Below the pieces are notes generated by a model, which saw only the letters and a list, made by a program, of their open reading frames with translations, was not told the origin of the DNA and searched no databases. Below, in pieces: positions 35,401-49,100 of a stretch of DNA of 64,000 nucleotides; position 1 is the first letter of the stretch; the number at the start of each line of letters is the position of its first letter. A program made the position numbers and the translations under genes. The DNA is from Yuukianura sp. NJ FZ-2021 (lineage: Eukaryota), in assembly GCA_046563655.1 (NCBI GenBank), contig CM102285.1:3162001-3226000 (forward strand). Direction: 5' to 3'.

Positions 35401-38400
35401 GTAATTTCATTTGTAAAACTTATATTTTTCAGTTTTTTTTGCACTTCAAGTTGATTTTTTTGGGCTTCTGCGTGCGCCTCTCATTTTTAACGTGATGGTG
35501 GTCTCTCGAGTTGAAAAACGAGTAGAAGATTTAAGTGGGTGATGCCTGTGGTGAACTTGAATAATTTTCCATCATCTTTTTCTACTTTTTTTGGTTTTTC
35601 AATTTGAAACAATTATGAAAATTACCTTGTTTGCTGTATTTACCATAGTCATTGACTCATTAGAGAAATTAAGTTATGCCTCTGTGCAGCAGGGGGAGGG
35701 AGTAGATGTTATACTAATAAGAAACCGGTCATGAAATGTGATAGGAAATACACAAGACAGCAAGCCATTGTCCCTTTGCCTTTCACGAGAATCCAAAGAT
35801 GTGTTTACTAATTTCAAAACAATGAGATGGCTTCATGACTCATAAATTCCCGCTCAGACGACTTTTGCCCAATTTCCAACTATTCATTAACCATAAGCTT
35901 CGTCATTTTCTTTTCAATTTCCTCGATTACCGTAAACCTGAAAATTTTTCAGAATCTTTCAATTTGGCTGTTTCAAAATTGTTCTTTTCAGTTATGCAAG
36001 TTTAGACTAGTGCTTCTACTTTATGATGTTCTAAAATGTCTTATTCCGGGCGGTCGCTACTTCGAGTTGAACAAACGCTGTCAAACTGTGTATAATGTTT
36101 CCATTTTTCATTTTTTTTCAAAACCGAAATAACAACGCAGGAGCTCAACGAATTACGCATTCAAAAGTTGTGATGAATTGATTCCTTAAAGATACAAGAA
36201 GAAACTCTCGTTCAGTCGAAGGGTGGTCGCCAACTTATAGCAAACCAAAAAAAATTAGAGTACTAAATGTTATTCCAGGCACAACTAAAGTATGAACGTA
36301 ATCCATTGACGAATTTAGTTTTTTTTTAGTAATTGATCTTCTCGTCATAGAGTCACAAGTTTGTTTTTGATGCCCTTGAAGTTTTCATATGCTCATCCCA
36401 AATGACCATGAAGTCACTCACCATTAAAACGGCGAAAGTGCCAACCAAATTCCCGCAGAGTTCTCAGAATATACCAACTTTTTATAATTTATTGCACATG
36501 AGGTATTGCAAAAAAAATGACAAACGGCCCATTCCCTTGGAAAAGAAAAAAAAGTTTCGCTGTTTACTTTGAAAAATTTTCACATCCCTGGATCCATCCC
36601 GTGACTTCGAAATGAAAAAAAAATGGAACCCGAAATCTGATCACAAAAGTGAAAACTAAAAAATGCAAAGAAAAAAAGCATTCACAAAAACTATAACTCA
36701 GAAATAAAAACTCAGAAATAAAAAAAACTATAAACTATAGCTCAGAAACTGCAAATATTCGTAGAAAATGTACATAATTTACACAAAGTACATGATATCA
36801 AAAATACTTCCAAGAAACTCCAAAAAAATATCCAAAAACGCTACATTTTACATAATTGTTCTCCTATTTCAATTCCGATTAGGCTAAAAAGTTCCAGCGA
36901 TCGAATTTCGAAAAGAAAAAATTCATCGCGGACCTTGAGTTTTACGTTTTTTTTTTTGTTTTATAAAAAAACGATGAGCTTCATTACTTCCGACTGATTT
37001 TGTTTGACAGGCGGAGGTTGGAACTCCAATCAAATCAAATTATAAATCCTCCTCTTCATTAAGAGCCCATTTAACTTAAATTTTAAAACCACTAGCTCCT
37101 CACACCAGTTGCTCTGACGAACCTTCATCATCTCGCATCTTGTCAGACCACAAGCACTAACTTAAGAACCAAAACCACTTCAGTTCTCACACCTCTAGTA
37201 AAGATAGGCCTAACGTTATGTTTTTCTATGTTAAGGTATGAACCAAGGATTCCTACTCCACAGCAGGATAACTCTCCGGCGGCACTTAAGAAAGCACATT
37301 CGTCACGCCCATCTTTTCTTCGCTTTGGTTCCTAATTATTCCGCTCACCAAAAAAAAACACCGCTTTGCTTAAGCTCAAAAATCTCAGAAATCATGCGCT
37401 CAATGAAATGACTAATGAGAGCAGTCAAGGTCTGAGCACCCAGCACGCACCTCAACTTTTCAAAAAAAAGAAGAAACTTTTCAAAAACCATGATCTTAGC
37501 GATAATATTCTCTAGTGGATCTTCTACTTTTGAATTCTGAAAGTTACGGGAAATTTTTTTTTCCAGAATTAATTTTTCAAAAAATGACAACGATCTTTTC
37601 CTCCTCATTTTAATTACTTCTCAGCAAGGACTCTCCTCCATCCACCTATTGTTTTTTCCTCATCTTGTTTTTTTTTTTAAATCGTGAGTTCCTCTTTGTA
37701 TTAATTTGAAAGAGGTGCTCAAAGGTGACTTCGTCGCCAGTAACCGCCCAGACGTAAATTTACCAAGTTCAAAACATAGGATATGTGTTGTACTTAAAAC
37801 CACCAACATTTGAAAAAAACAGTACGGCACGACACGGTAACTACAAACCAGGTTTAATTGTGTGCGAATGTCCTTTAAACTAAGTTTAAATTTACATAGA
37901 CGCCCGACGGACATCTCGAGAAACATAAGAGCTCGTGGGAGATCTTCTTCCCATTGTCTTTTGAGACTTTGTAGGTTCTTATGGCGTTCCTAATCAATTT
38001 GTAGCAGACTCCTCTCGTAGGGATTCTCAGGTCAATTAAACCCGAAATTCCTTCGTCGTACAAATTTTTGAAAATGTTCCAAAGAAGTTTTGAACAAGAG
38101 GAATCAACATTTTTATATGAATGACACAAATTCCAGGACTGAAGTAACGACGGCTCCAGTCGAACGGTTTATGTGCGACTTTAGGGCAAAATCGATGCGG
38201 GATTTGAAAAAAAAAGCAATTTCAAAACAAATTGTGAGAATTTAAAAAAAAATTGTTCAAATGTGGAAGTTGGGAACGCGATAATGTTTTTTCGAAAAAC
38301 TTGTTCAATTCAGGATCCTATTGTTCTTGTCCACAAAGTAAAAGTTTGCTGGCGCCTCGCAAAACATTTCCTAAACAAAACATGAAGCGTCTGTCTTCGC

Positions 38401-41400
38401 TTGTTAAGAGTGGAAAGTGCGTTTCCAAATTTGTCATTTGTCGCAGACGCCGACGCAATGGCAAATCCATCGTTACTTCAGCGAGAACAATACGCATTTA
38501 AAAAAAAAACTTGAAAAAAAAAATACAAAACCAAATGAAAAATCTCGATTGGGGAAATTTCCTGCCAAGAAAAGAAAAGCTGGAGAAAATCGTCAATTCG
38601 ACTGGAGTTGAAGTTTTCAATTTTAAAACTTTTGAAATGTTTTGAATTGAATAGTTTACTGAACTGTTCCTCGATCAGACGTCCTTCGAATGAAAGGATT
38701 TGTTGATTGCTTCATCTCCTGTCTGTCACATCAGATCCTTTCAAACTAATTTCAATCCACGTGCTTACATGAAAAATTATCCCCTAAATGCTGAATTCTT
38801 ATTCTTAATTCTTCCATCTTCACACTTCAAACGGCTGTGTGAAGAGGCCTTAATGAGACGCCGGAACGAGAGCGCATGACCCCTCGAAAAATCAAATTCA
38901 CGCAATTCATCTTCTGATTTCACCTCCAGGCCTCTGCTTTGGCATGATCACAATCAGGCCCTAATCGACATCACACGCTTAATGTTCCCATTCAAGAAGT
39001 TCTAAGTCAAAAGCACTTCTTCCTTAAGTTTCTAACTCTTCCCTAACTTAAAAAAATTCGACAAGCGCATGCGCCTTAGCCTAAACGCTAATGGCCTTAG
39101 ACAAAACGGCCCAAACTTCAAATTTCCGCGTAGCAAAACGTATATCAAAACATGACATGTAAATTTATGCAACTTAAATGTGTAATATCATTTCTTTGTT
39201 TTTTTTCCAAAACTTTAACCTGGATTCGGGACAACAAAATTTTTGTTCCAATTTTACAGCGGATTTGAGCACTGCCTTTACGCGCCACTGGCGCGAACTA
39301 CAATTTGTGACACTGTGACAAAGTCAAATCGTCAAAATTGACCCAGTTTTTTTTTCGAACAACGGACTTCTTTTTTACAGTTCCGTTTCCCGCGGCTTGT
39401 GACAAATAGGAGGACATTGTTGGATTTCGTTCTGCCACTAAAAGTGGGAAGAGAGTGGGTGGGTTTTTTGAAGTTTGAGTTAATGTTGATTAATTTGGAA
39501 GGAGCGGTTGTTGGTCTTTGGGTGACAAATTGAGTTTGTCAACTGAATGACTTGGAAGGAGGAGACACTTCTAAAGTGAAGATGAACTAGATAAAAAGAA
39601 GGATGATCTTGGAACAGAATAAGAGAAAGTGGGCATAAGAGGGATGATCCCTTTCACAGAGTCATCTTCATCAACCACAAAATATCAGCTTCAACCAAAC
39701 CCTCTCCATTTTCTAAGAAACAAAAACCACGACACGAAAAAGTCCTCCCACAAACGACACGCTTCAAATTTAACCTAAAATGCACAAAATCACTTCCAAA
39801 TATTCCAAGTTTCAAATTCAAATTTAAAAAAAACTTCCAAAACACAACAAGGTACGTCGTAAAAATGAATTTCAAAAAGAATACGCAACTTTTATAACAT
39901 TGAAAGTAAGAATTCCGAATACCGAAGTAAAAACATTTTTCAGCACAAGTTTTTAAATAAGTTTTTAATTAAACAAAAGTTTAATCCAATCCAAATATCC
40001 GTTTTCGCGGTTTTCTCGAAATTTTTACTGCCAACAGCACCATTTAAACGCATAATTGCAATGGTAACCGCGAATTTTTCAACTAGACTCGCTTCACAAT
40101 TACAGCTTTGAAGCGAAGTTTAAAAAAAAATCCCTGAACTGGATTTTGAATTAACATTGATTCAAAATAAGCCTATATTAGGCATTCTACTTGCAACGTT
40201 GTTTCCTTACTACACAGCTTCTGACCTCTTGTAAGTTGTGAAACCTAATATTCCGACCTGTCAACTTTTGGAATGAACTCTCGATGTCTTATCTTCCTAC
40301 AAGAAGAACTGTATTGCAAGATGCCAAGGTAGATTTGAGTTTTGAATGATTGCTACGGACAGATGAGGTAGTAGAAAATGGAATTGGGAACCACACCCGA
40401 TGATTCAGCTCCCCAAAAGTCCTTACTATTTCATATTTAACATACGAAATCTACTCTGTAAGTCTTAGCAATTACTGTACTTCCAAATGGAAAATGATGT
40501 TTTCCAAGGTTCAGTGTCCAACAGAGCAATGTTCAAAGTTCCCAGGAACCCAAGCTACAATTACGCTAGACAGAAGAAGGTGAGAAATTATTGGGTCATT
40601 ATTGAACCCAAGCCACTTTGAATTTGACCCTTTTTGGACATAGACTTAGTGGAGAAAAGAACCTGCTCAAATATGAGTGACGCCAGTTCGAATCCTACTC
40701 CTTCTGCACTTTTTTTACTCGAAAAGTTAACCAGAAAAGTGTCATTTTGTCAGAATGCCCAAATGACAGTGGCGGTAGTGCATAATTTACACTTTAACGC
40801 AAGTTTAAATCGTCAAAGTGCCCGTCCTCAGTATGTGCTTAGTCACCATAGGTCCAACCCCCTTAGCACACGATTACGGTGCCATCTCGCACCGTCCCAT
40901 CATCATCTCGAGACGCTTGAAAAGGTGTTGAAGACGCCAATTAGCAGAAAGCCTTCTGGACTGTGGGAGAGAAATAAGGAAAATGCGCGACAAAATTTAA
41001 AAGTTGAGGCTGTAAACTGCATGGGCATAAAAATTTTAAGGGTGGGTCGTTCAACTCGTTTTGGCAAATCATGGCCCACCCCTTCCCAAATTCAAGTCAC
41101 AACCACAAGACGAAGGAGTTGATTCCTTCTTCCTACGAATCAGGATTCACGAACCACTTTCCTAACTTTCTCTCATGTTTTCATGAAATCTCAACCAAAA
41201 TTCACTAATTTCAAAATTTTGGAGCAAAATGTTGGCACTAAACTTGCAGTAGTTATGTAATATGTAGATTTCTGGAATTGGTGCCAAACGTTTAGGTTTA
41301 TAAATTTAACAGTCCCAAATTTTTTCTCAAAGAAAACATATTATTAGGACGTGCAGATACTAGCTAATGTTATAGTGTAGGTTATGCAATTTTCATTTGG

Positions 41401-43062
41401 TTAGGTTACGTTAGCCTATGTTTTGAGTACCACTTTTGCATTGGTTTTCGTAAAATATAGTCCAGACAAGCGCAAACCGTGTAACTTTCAAGAAAGAGTT
41501 AATGAGTCGTAAATTATAGAAAGATGAACTATTAGAAAACTGGGCAACTTGCGCCTTGTGCCTTGAAATGTCGTGTTTGAAAAGTACTTAAAATTTTGAA
41601 CCTGCTCCCATTTTTTAACAAGATTTCCAAAATTGCAACTTCTTGTGAGATCACCAAAAGAGTTTTGGCTTTTTAAATTTTTTTTAATACTTTAACTATG
41701 CCATGTATCCTGGTTTCAAAGTTCTGACTTTAGCCATAAAGTGACTCTCACAAAATTTATGGGGATGTCATTAGGCTTTTGAGTCTCATAACTTGAGGTG
41801 GGCCGTCATTTTAATTACACAACTTAAGAGAATAAGAGCCTTCGGAGGGACACAAAAGAGCAGTTTTTTCATCCGGGTGAAGAAGTTTTTTAAGGATGTT
41901 AAAACAGCGCGGCAGAGCAGTGGATGAGTGTACGCAGAAGCTTTTTTAGTTACGACTAAAGCCGGATTAGGAATAATTCCCTGAGCACTTAAGTACCCAC
42001 CGAGCATGAAGTTATACTGGGGATCCTTTTTCTAATTTTATTACTACGCTACAGAGGTTATTGAAAACAAACTGATTTTCAAAATTTTAAACAGGTTTTC
42101 AAAAATCAGCGTTGTAAAAAATGATTTCAAAAAAATTGAAAAGAAACCGTAAACTTAACTTATAAGGATCAAGTTCGTCAACTAAATAAAATTCACCGCC
42201 AACTCCCAAAATACAAAAGAAAAAAGAGTGAAAAAAAAACATATCGTAAATCATTTTCCAAATGGTTATGCATCTACCCAGAGTACTTAGGGAGTGGAGG
42301 GCCCTTAAGGACTGTTTTCAATATTTACTCTTAAAGGGCTCCCGCACTTTCCGTTCCCTCAAGGAATAAACCGGTTGTAAACCGCGCATAACGAAATAGC
42401 TCAAGCCAAAAGACGGTTTCCCCCCAGGTGGGGAATGTGGGGTTACCCCCGGGGCGTGGGGATGGCTTCCCCCCACTTTTTTGCTCCGCACCCCATGGGG
42501 GCGTTGGCGTGTGTTCCCCCCGCTTATTTGCTCCGCACCCCAGGGGGCGTAGGGATGGGTTTCCCTTACTTTTTAGCTCCGCACCCCAGGAGGCGTTGGG
42601 GTGTGTTCCCCGGGGGAGAGGGAGTGGGTTCCCCGGGGGAGGGGCGTGGGCTCCCCCAGTGGTGTGAGTGTGGGTCACCCGGGGTGTGTGACGGTGGGTC
42701 ACCCGGGGGTGACAGCGGGTAACCCGGGGTGACGGTGGATCACCCGGCGCTGTGGGGTGGGTTCCTTCCGCTTCCCAGCTAGCAGGACGTTAATATGAAA
42801 AAAAGTTGACTTTTGACCCGGAACTAGGTCACTTGGGGTCATGTGATGTAAACAAAAGTTGTTGGTCTCGACGAGATGAACAACTTTTGTAGAGGTCATT
42901 TTGCGGGTTACCGTGGATAAAACCGGTTGACCTTGACCTTTGACCCGGAAGGAGTTGACCTACCGGGATAATATTCAATAGTGACCAGGTTGGGGTCATG
43001 AGGTGTTGATAGGAGAAAACCGGAATCAAATCCGTCCAGCAGTTTCTGAGATAATTGAGGTG

Positions 43063-43106
<44 letters not shown>

Positions 43107-46100
43107 TGAATCAGATTATTAAATAGCTTTCGCTATTTAATAACTTGTAATCTTGATTTTTCTCCCTTCACACTTCAAATTCACCCTACAGTAAAATCGA
43201 TCTAACATTATGTGTAATGAATATATGTGATGATAACCACGGATGCCAGAAATACTTAGTCTCCATGCCCATAATGATAATAAAAAAAAATATTTCCTAG
43301 CTTTTGCTTAGTAAATATTTATTTATTTACCAATGCCGTTAGTGTTAAATACGTAAATCTTTGGCGATTTAAAAAAAACCATACTTTTTATCGATATGTG
43401 GGGCGTTTTTAGCACATATTTTTGACAACCCTAGTGATAACGCATACATTATTCGTATTTTAACAATATGTGCATCTGCGCTAGAAAATGCATTTCCCAG
43501 ACCCTTGTGCAAGTGCGTGCCTGAAGGGAGGGGAGGGGCCCTTAAGGAGCACCTTGTTACAAAAACTTGTAATTAGAGCTCATAATTTCCTACTTTGTAC
43601 TTTGTAACAAGATTCCTTAAAAAGTTGTAATTTTTAGACTAAACTGTTTCCTGTTAATAATAGAATTTTAGTGAGTGACAAAAGTGGATATTATCCACTT
43701 GGCTAAATCCTAAACTTGAAAGTACTTGAAGAAACAAAGGAGTGCTGACACGAGATGAGTTCTATCTCCAAATCTTGGAAATCTGTGTTTCATTATATGA
43801 GACTTAAGATCACACGAAGCGGAACTCCGAAAAGTGATTTTAATTACATGTGGAAACGGTGATGTTTTGTAAGGAGATGGCAAGAGGGAGATGAACTGTG
43901 ATATGGGACCATAACATGTAGTAAATGTTATTACTTTACTAATCTTAAATTACGGAACATATTCCATACTCACTTGACTTTTTTACATTATGTTAATCCA
44001 ATTCATAAAACAAAGGGGAACAGCCCTCTTCCTTTCTTTACAAAAAAAAAATGAAAACGTCTTAAGAGGGAGAAAAATTGAAAAAAATTATCCAACCTCG
44101 AAAAAAAAAATCTCCGTGCTGCACACCTTAAAATTTGAAAAGATGAATTTTTATTGGACGGGATTCGGAAAATCTCAAAAGCGTCTGATTTATTTGTAGG
44201 CACTTCCTACAAACACAAAGATTTAGTAACGTGATGGTGACCTCGGACAATCCGATTTTCAGATCAGATCAACCAAAAAATTTTGGACGTTGAAATTTCA
44301 GGAAAAAATCATTAGAAAATGGTTATCCGTGGATATTCCACATATATTTTTTTTGCAGTAATTACCATTGATGTATTTTTTGAAAACCACGAGTACTATT
44401 ACATAAAATTTGATCTCGATGCGATTATTCCTAATTCAGTTGAGTACTTAAAATTTTGCCTTGATTTCATAGTGCATTTAATTCTCGGGAATGTACGGGA
44501 TGTGGCTACACTAAATCCAGTTTTTGTGCAAACGCTGTGCCCGCACCTTACACAACATTGCCAGAGCTTCGTACTTTCAAAATCCACGGGAAATGGGGTC
44601 TTAACCCCAATTCCCCGGTCATTTCATCAAATCCCCGGAGAAAATTATACACAGGAGTACAAGATTGTGAGTGAGAGATACCGGACGTGAAAAAAAAAAC
44701 GAGCTCTTATTTTATTATAACTTTTCTTCTTACTTTTTGTTTTTAATCTGTTTTTGTATATTTTACCACCCTGGAGGAAAGAAGATGACTTCATTTGAAA
44801 AACAATGGTTGTTAATCTGTCTTCTGCTATTACTATGCACATAAATCCCTTATATTTAATTCACTTTGAAACCTTACTATTATAATTAAATTCACTGTGG
44901 AATTATGATGTTGTGTGGGCATGGAACCCTGTCAGTCACAAAGCGACGTCTCTCCCTGCCCACTTTTCCATCTTTTCAACAATGTACTTTCACTTTCAAA
45001 AAGTCAAAAAGTTGTGACGACAGTAATTGTCAAGTGGAAGTAGGAAATCATCCTATCCACTCCATAGGACACTGATGTCACAAATTGAAACTACGTTTGA
45101 AGTGTTTAATTAATAACAACCTAGCAAATTGTACTTTAAGGTAATTAAAACTAGTTAACGGAGTGTTAACTGCACTTTGTACTTTACAAACTCATTACCT
45201 TTTCACTGTAGTGTGTATTCTGAATTTATCAAAAAACCAAAGTGGGAAACCCGCAGGTACCCAAAAGTTATCATTCGATGCCAAACTGTCGTAACCTTTA
45301 CATTAACTAACCCAATTTAACCTGATTGGTCTAACCTAAACTAAACTAACATCAACATATACTGCACTGCCATTAAACAAGCATAAACTAAAAGCGCGGT
45401 TAAAAATTTTGCGTTTACTAGTTGTCCATAAGGTTGCCGAACATCACTGATAGATAAGAGAAATTTTTGATTTGTGAATGCGATTTTTACGTTTTAAGCC
45501 TTTTAGTCTCGCACTCTAACAGAAAGAACAAAAAAAAGTAAAAATCTACAAATGTACACTACAGGCATATCAAAAAAAGAGTCATTGACACCCTTCAGTG
45601 GAGTTCACTTGTCGTAACCTCAGTTTAGCTAGATTTAGCTTGATTTTAAGAAAAGTCACGCTCTCAGGCCTAAATCACACATCTCGCTTTCCGCCAACGC
45701 TAGAAAAGAAAACGGTATTCGACAAATCCATTTCTGTCTAAAGTCCAAGTAATTTGTGGTGTTACATCCAGAATTACTTCAAGCAAACAGCGTGGACCAC
45801 CTCTGAGGCCTGAACAAGCTGCGCCTTGCATCAGAAAAAAAACAGCAAAGAAAGCACTGAAAGACCCAAAATTCACATTGTGGATCGTTGAGATGAGAAT
45901 ATTACAAATGATTTTCAAGTGAGTTTTGAAATTCTATTAACGTCACGTAACGAAAAATCAAGTTTGAGCTAAGCGCGAGTAGCTATGCTTGGAATAATTT
46001 TGACGTCAATTGGTCAAAGCAAGTAATTAAGGTGGAAATTGATTTTCCCAAATTTTTTTTTATACATTGAGATCAAAATTTTAAATGAGTCTTGCCCCGA

Positions 46101-49100
46101 GAAGTTGCCGAATCATGGTAAATTTCTCCAAAAAAAACTTTGGCGTGATTAGCATAAACTTGACGAGATTCAAGTGACAGAACGGATTTGAGACAAGAGG
46201 ATTCTAAACGAAGCTTGATCTCTACTGCATGATTTGATGATTTTCAATTAACTGACACTATCACCCCACAATCTATTTTTTTAAATTCAGTTTTACAATT
46301 AACAGGCTCATATTTCCTTGTAATATTTATCCAAATCTAAACATAAGTTTGAAATATTTTAAATCTAAAGATGGGATTTGGAAATCCCTTCAAGGCCAAT
46401 CTTATTATTTTCTCTACTGCTGATCATAAACCGCCAATCAACGCCTGGACTTAGCCAAGACTCGTCGTGAAGAGATCAATTACAACGTGTATGACAACGT
46501 GTATCAGCCTTACGATGTTACAATCCACTGCACCTTGACACGTAGTCACTCCTACAGGGACAATGGGTAATTTGCATGAGAAAGGGAACACGTACAACTA
46601 TCTTCTTCCTTGTCAAGAAAGATCTTATCCACTCTTATTGCAAGAATTAGCAATTTAGCAGCAGTATTACAAAGTTACAACCTCACAGACAGCGCCTAAG
46701 TTTAAAAAATCCCAATCTTGCCTCATTTTTTCTACAACTTGAAATTTTGACTCATATTTTTACCAATGTAGACCCAAGTCAACATAACCTACACCAACTT
46801 AAGCCAAACATTAACCTAGTTTGACCTAATTAGGAACAAAAACATGATTGCAATGCTTATACTGTGTATGTTGTGACGCTAACCTGCAAAACTAGGCCAA
46901 CTCTTGCGTGAGCTGCGCAAGTTTGTTCTAATTGGAACAAAATTGTGAACGCATCAAACGCAGCAGATGGAAAATGCTCCGATCTCGAAAAAAAAATCCT
47001 GGAAATTCGAAAAACGGAGGAAGTATTTTCTCAAAATTTGGCGATCTTATCTTTAACATAGAAAACTCCCAAGGCATCAACAACCCTTGAAGTACCCTAT
47101 GTGAACCCGACTTCGGTGGAATTTCTCCTACAGTATTTCAAGTTTTTGAAAAAGTCAGGAATACAATGAAATTTAGTGTGGTGCGTACTGTCCAAAAAGC
47201 TATCTGTCAGATTCTGTTGTTCCTTTGGCGGATTGCGTGTTCCGCTACTTCCTCTCCTCCCTCTCATCTCACTCTCTTCAAAAACTTATTTTCCCGTCAA
47301 AACTTTTTGTCCAACACGCAATATTACTAATATCAGAAATATTTTTTAAAATTAAAACAAAACTTTTCAGCTAAAACGATCTTTTTTGAAAATTTTAAAA
47401 TCAAAATAACTCAAAATATTCAAAATATAAGCCGAGTACAGTTTAAAAAAACAAAACTAAAACTTACAGTTTCAGACTTACAGGCAAAAACAGAAGCTGA
47501 GACCTAGTTAATGGTGTACCAAATTCAAACTACTTTAGAACTTAACGTCACTAGTTACGTGGAAGTTACGTGCATTACTACGACATATGTTGAGAAAATT
47601 AAGTTTAATTGTCATGGATTTTTTAATTGCAATCACGGAAAGTAGAGTTCCATGCTGACTTGCAGAGCGGAATGCTCGGTTGGTATACAACTGTTCCTTC
47701 TAATGACAACAACCAAAGCAACCATGTGAATAATGTCAACTAATCAGTTTCAACTGACAAAAATCAAGGAAGGAAACATGCAGCATTTTAGTCAAAATTC
47801 AAAAAATTAAACCCAACCACCTTTACGAGGAAACGGCACCTCGTCGGTGTTGCACCGTCCAAAAACTTTGAAATGTTTCCTAAAAGTGTCAGAAAAGTTC
47901 CCACAAAAATTGAAACACAGTTTTGTTTATTCCCAGACTTCTCGTGCCTAATGTAAAGGAAACTACGTCAAATCAAATAAAAATCCACCTAGTTCATCCC
48001 TGTCCTGCTTAATCTCAAACTCAGCTTCACAAATTAAACAAAAATTTTGAAATTTGTAGTTACAAAAAACTCACAAAGTTTCATCAGCTAGGTATGCGTA
48101 CGTACATCCACTCCATATCGTTCTATAAAAACTTCCTTTTTCATTAAATTTGAATTCTGCGCCTAAAACTAGCAAAACATGAAAACAAAAACAAAAATTC
48201 CGCGTCGTAAAATTTTACATTCGTTAACTTTTTTTCGTAATTACAAAATTTGTAATAACTTTATCTAAAAAAATTAGAGCAAACATGTTCTTGCAAAAAC
48301 AAGCTGGAAACAACAGAAAACCCACAAAAAAATTAAATTACAAGAGACCATGACCGTGACCGTGACAAAAATTTTGAACATGCAGAAAATTGCATCGCGT
48401 CATTCGTGTTCCAACTTCAGTGGGTCCAAATGTCACATCGGCCTTCTTGTAACACGATCCAAGTACAGTTGGAAAAATAGAGTGCTAAAATTTACGAGTT
48501 AACTACGTCACCCCAGCCCAATCGCTTCAGATCCATTCCAAAGAATTGTAACCATTAATAAGGTGTCCTCAAGTTCATTTCGATCATAAATTTTACCATT
48601 CTAGTTCCATACTTCACAGTTACTTCTAACAAAACATAAACCATTAGCTCATCTACGTCAAAGCTAACAACTAACAGAACGTAGCAGTACTTGCCTAAAC
48701 TACAAGTCAAGTGGAATACACAGTTGTTTTTTCAATAGTTTTCATATTTTAAAAAGGTTCAAATAATCCGCAATTCAAAATGTACACAAATTTCAGAAAC
48801 TCTGAAAATTTGAACTCTGTTATTCTCAAATCGTTACTAGTAATTTTTGCGTTTTTGGAAAACAATTGATTTCAGCGCCCGCTTATTTAAAAGTTGTAGT
48901 AAACCTGTAAACATGTTCTTAACAAAATTTTAACTACGGTACCTTATATGCTAATTGTAAATGACAAGAAAAAACTTCGTTCACGGATTTGACCTCTGAC
49001 AGTTTTCAAAAAAAGTGACGATACAGGTATTTAACGAAAATACAGACATTGAAAAAACTTTTTATAACAATGGTGCATAATTAGACACAATGCAACCACC

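Noticed and set aside
40634..41122. 162-aa ORF in the SoxF intron
   Set aside because: TTG start, no motifs and no supporting splice structure.
42331..43107. Pro/Gly-rich and SVCLSVCL ORFs
   Set aside because: Translations of the GC minisatellite and GACA microsatellite of the mobile element.
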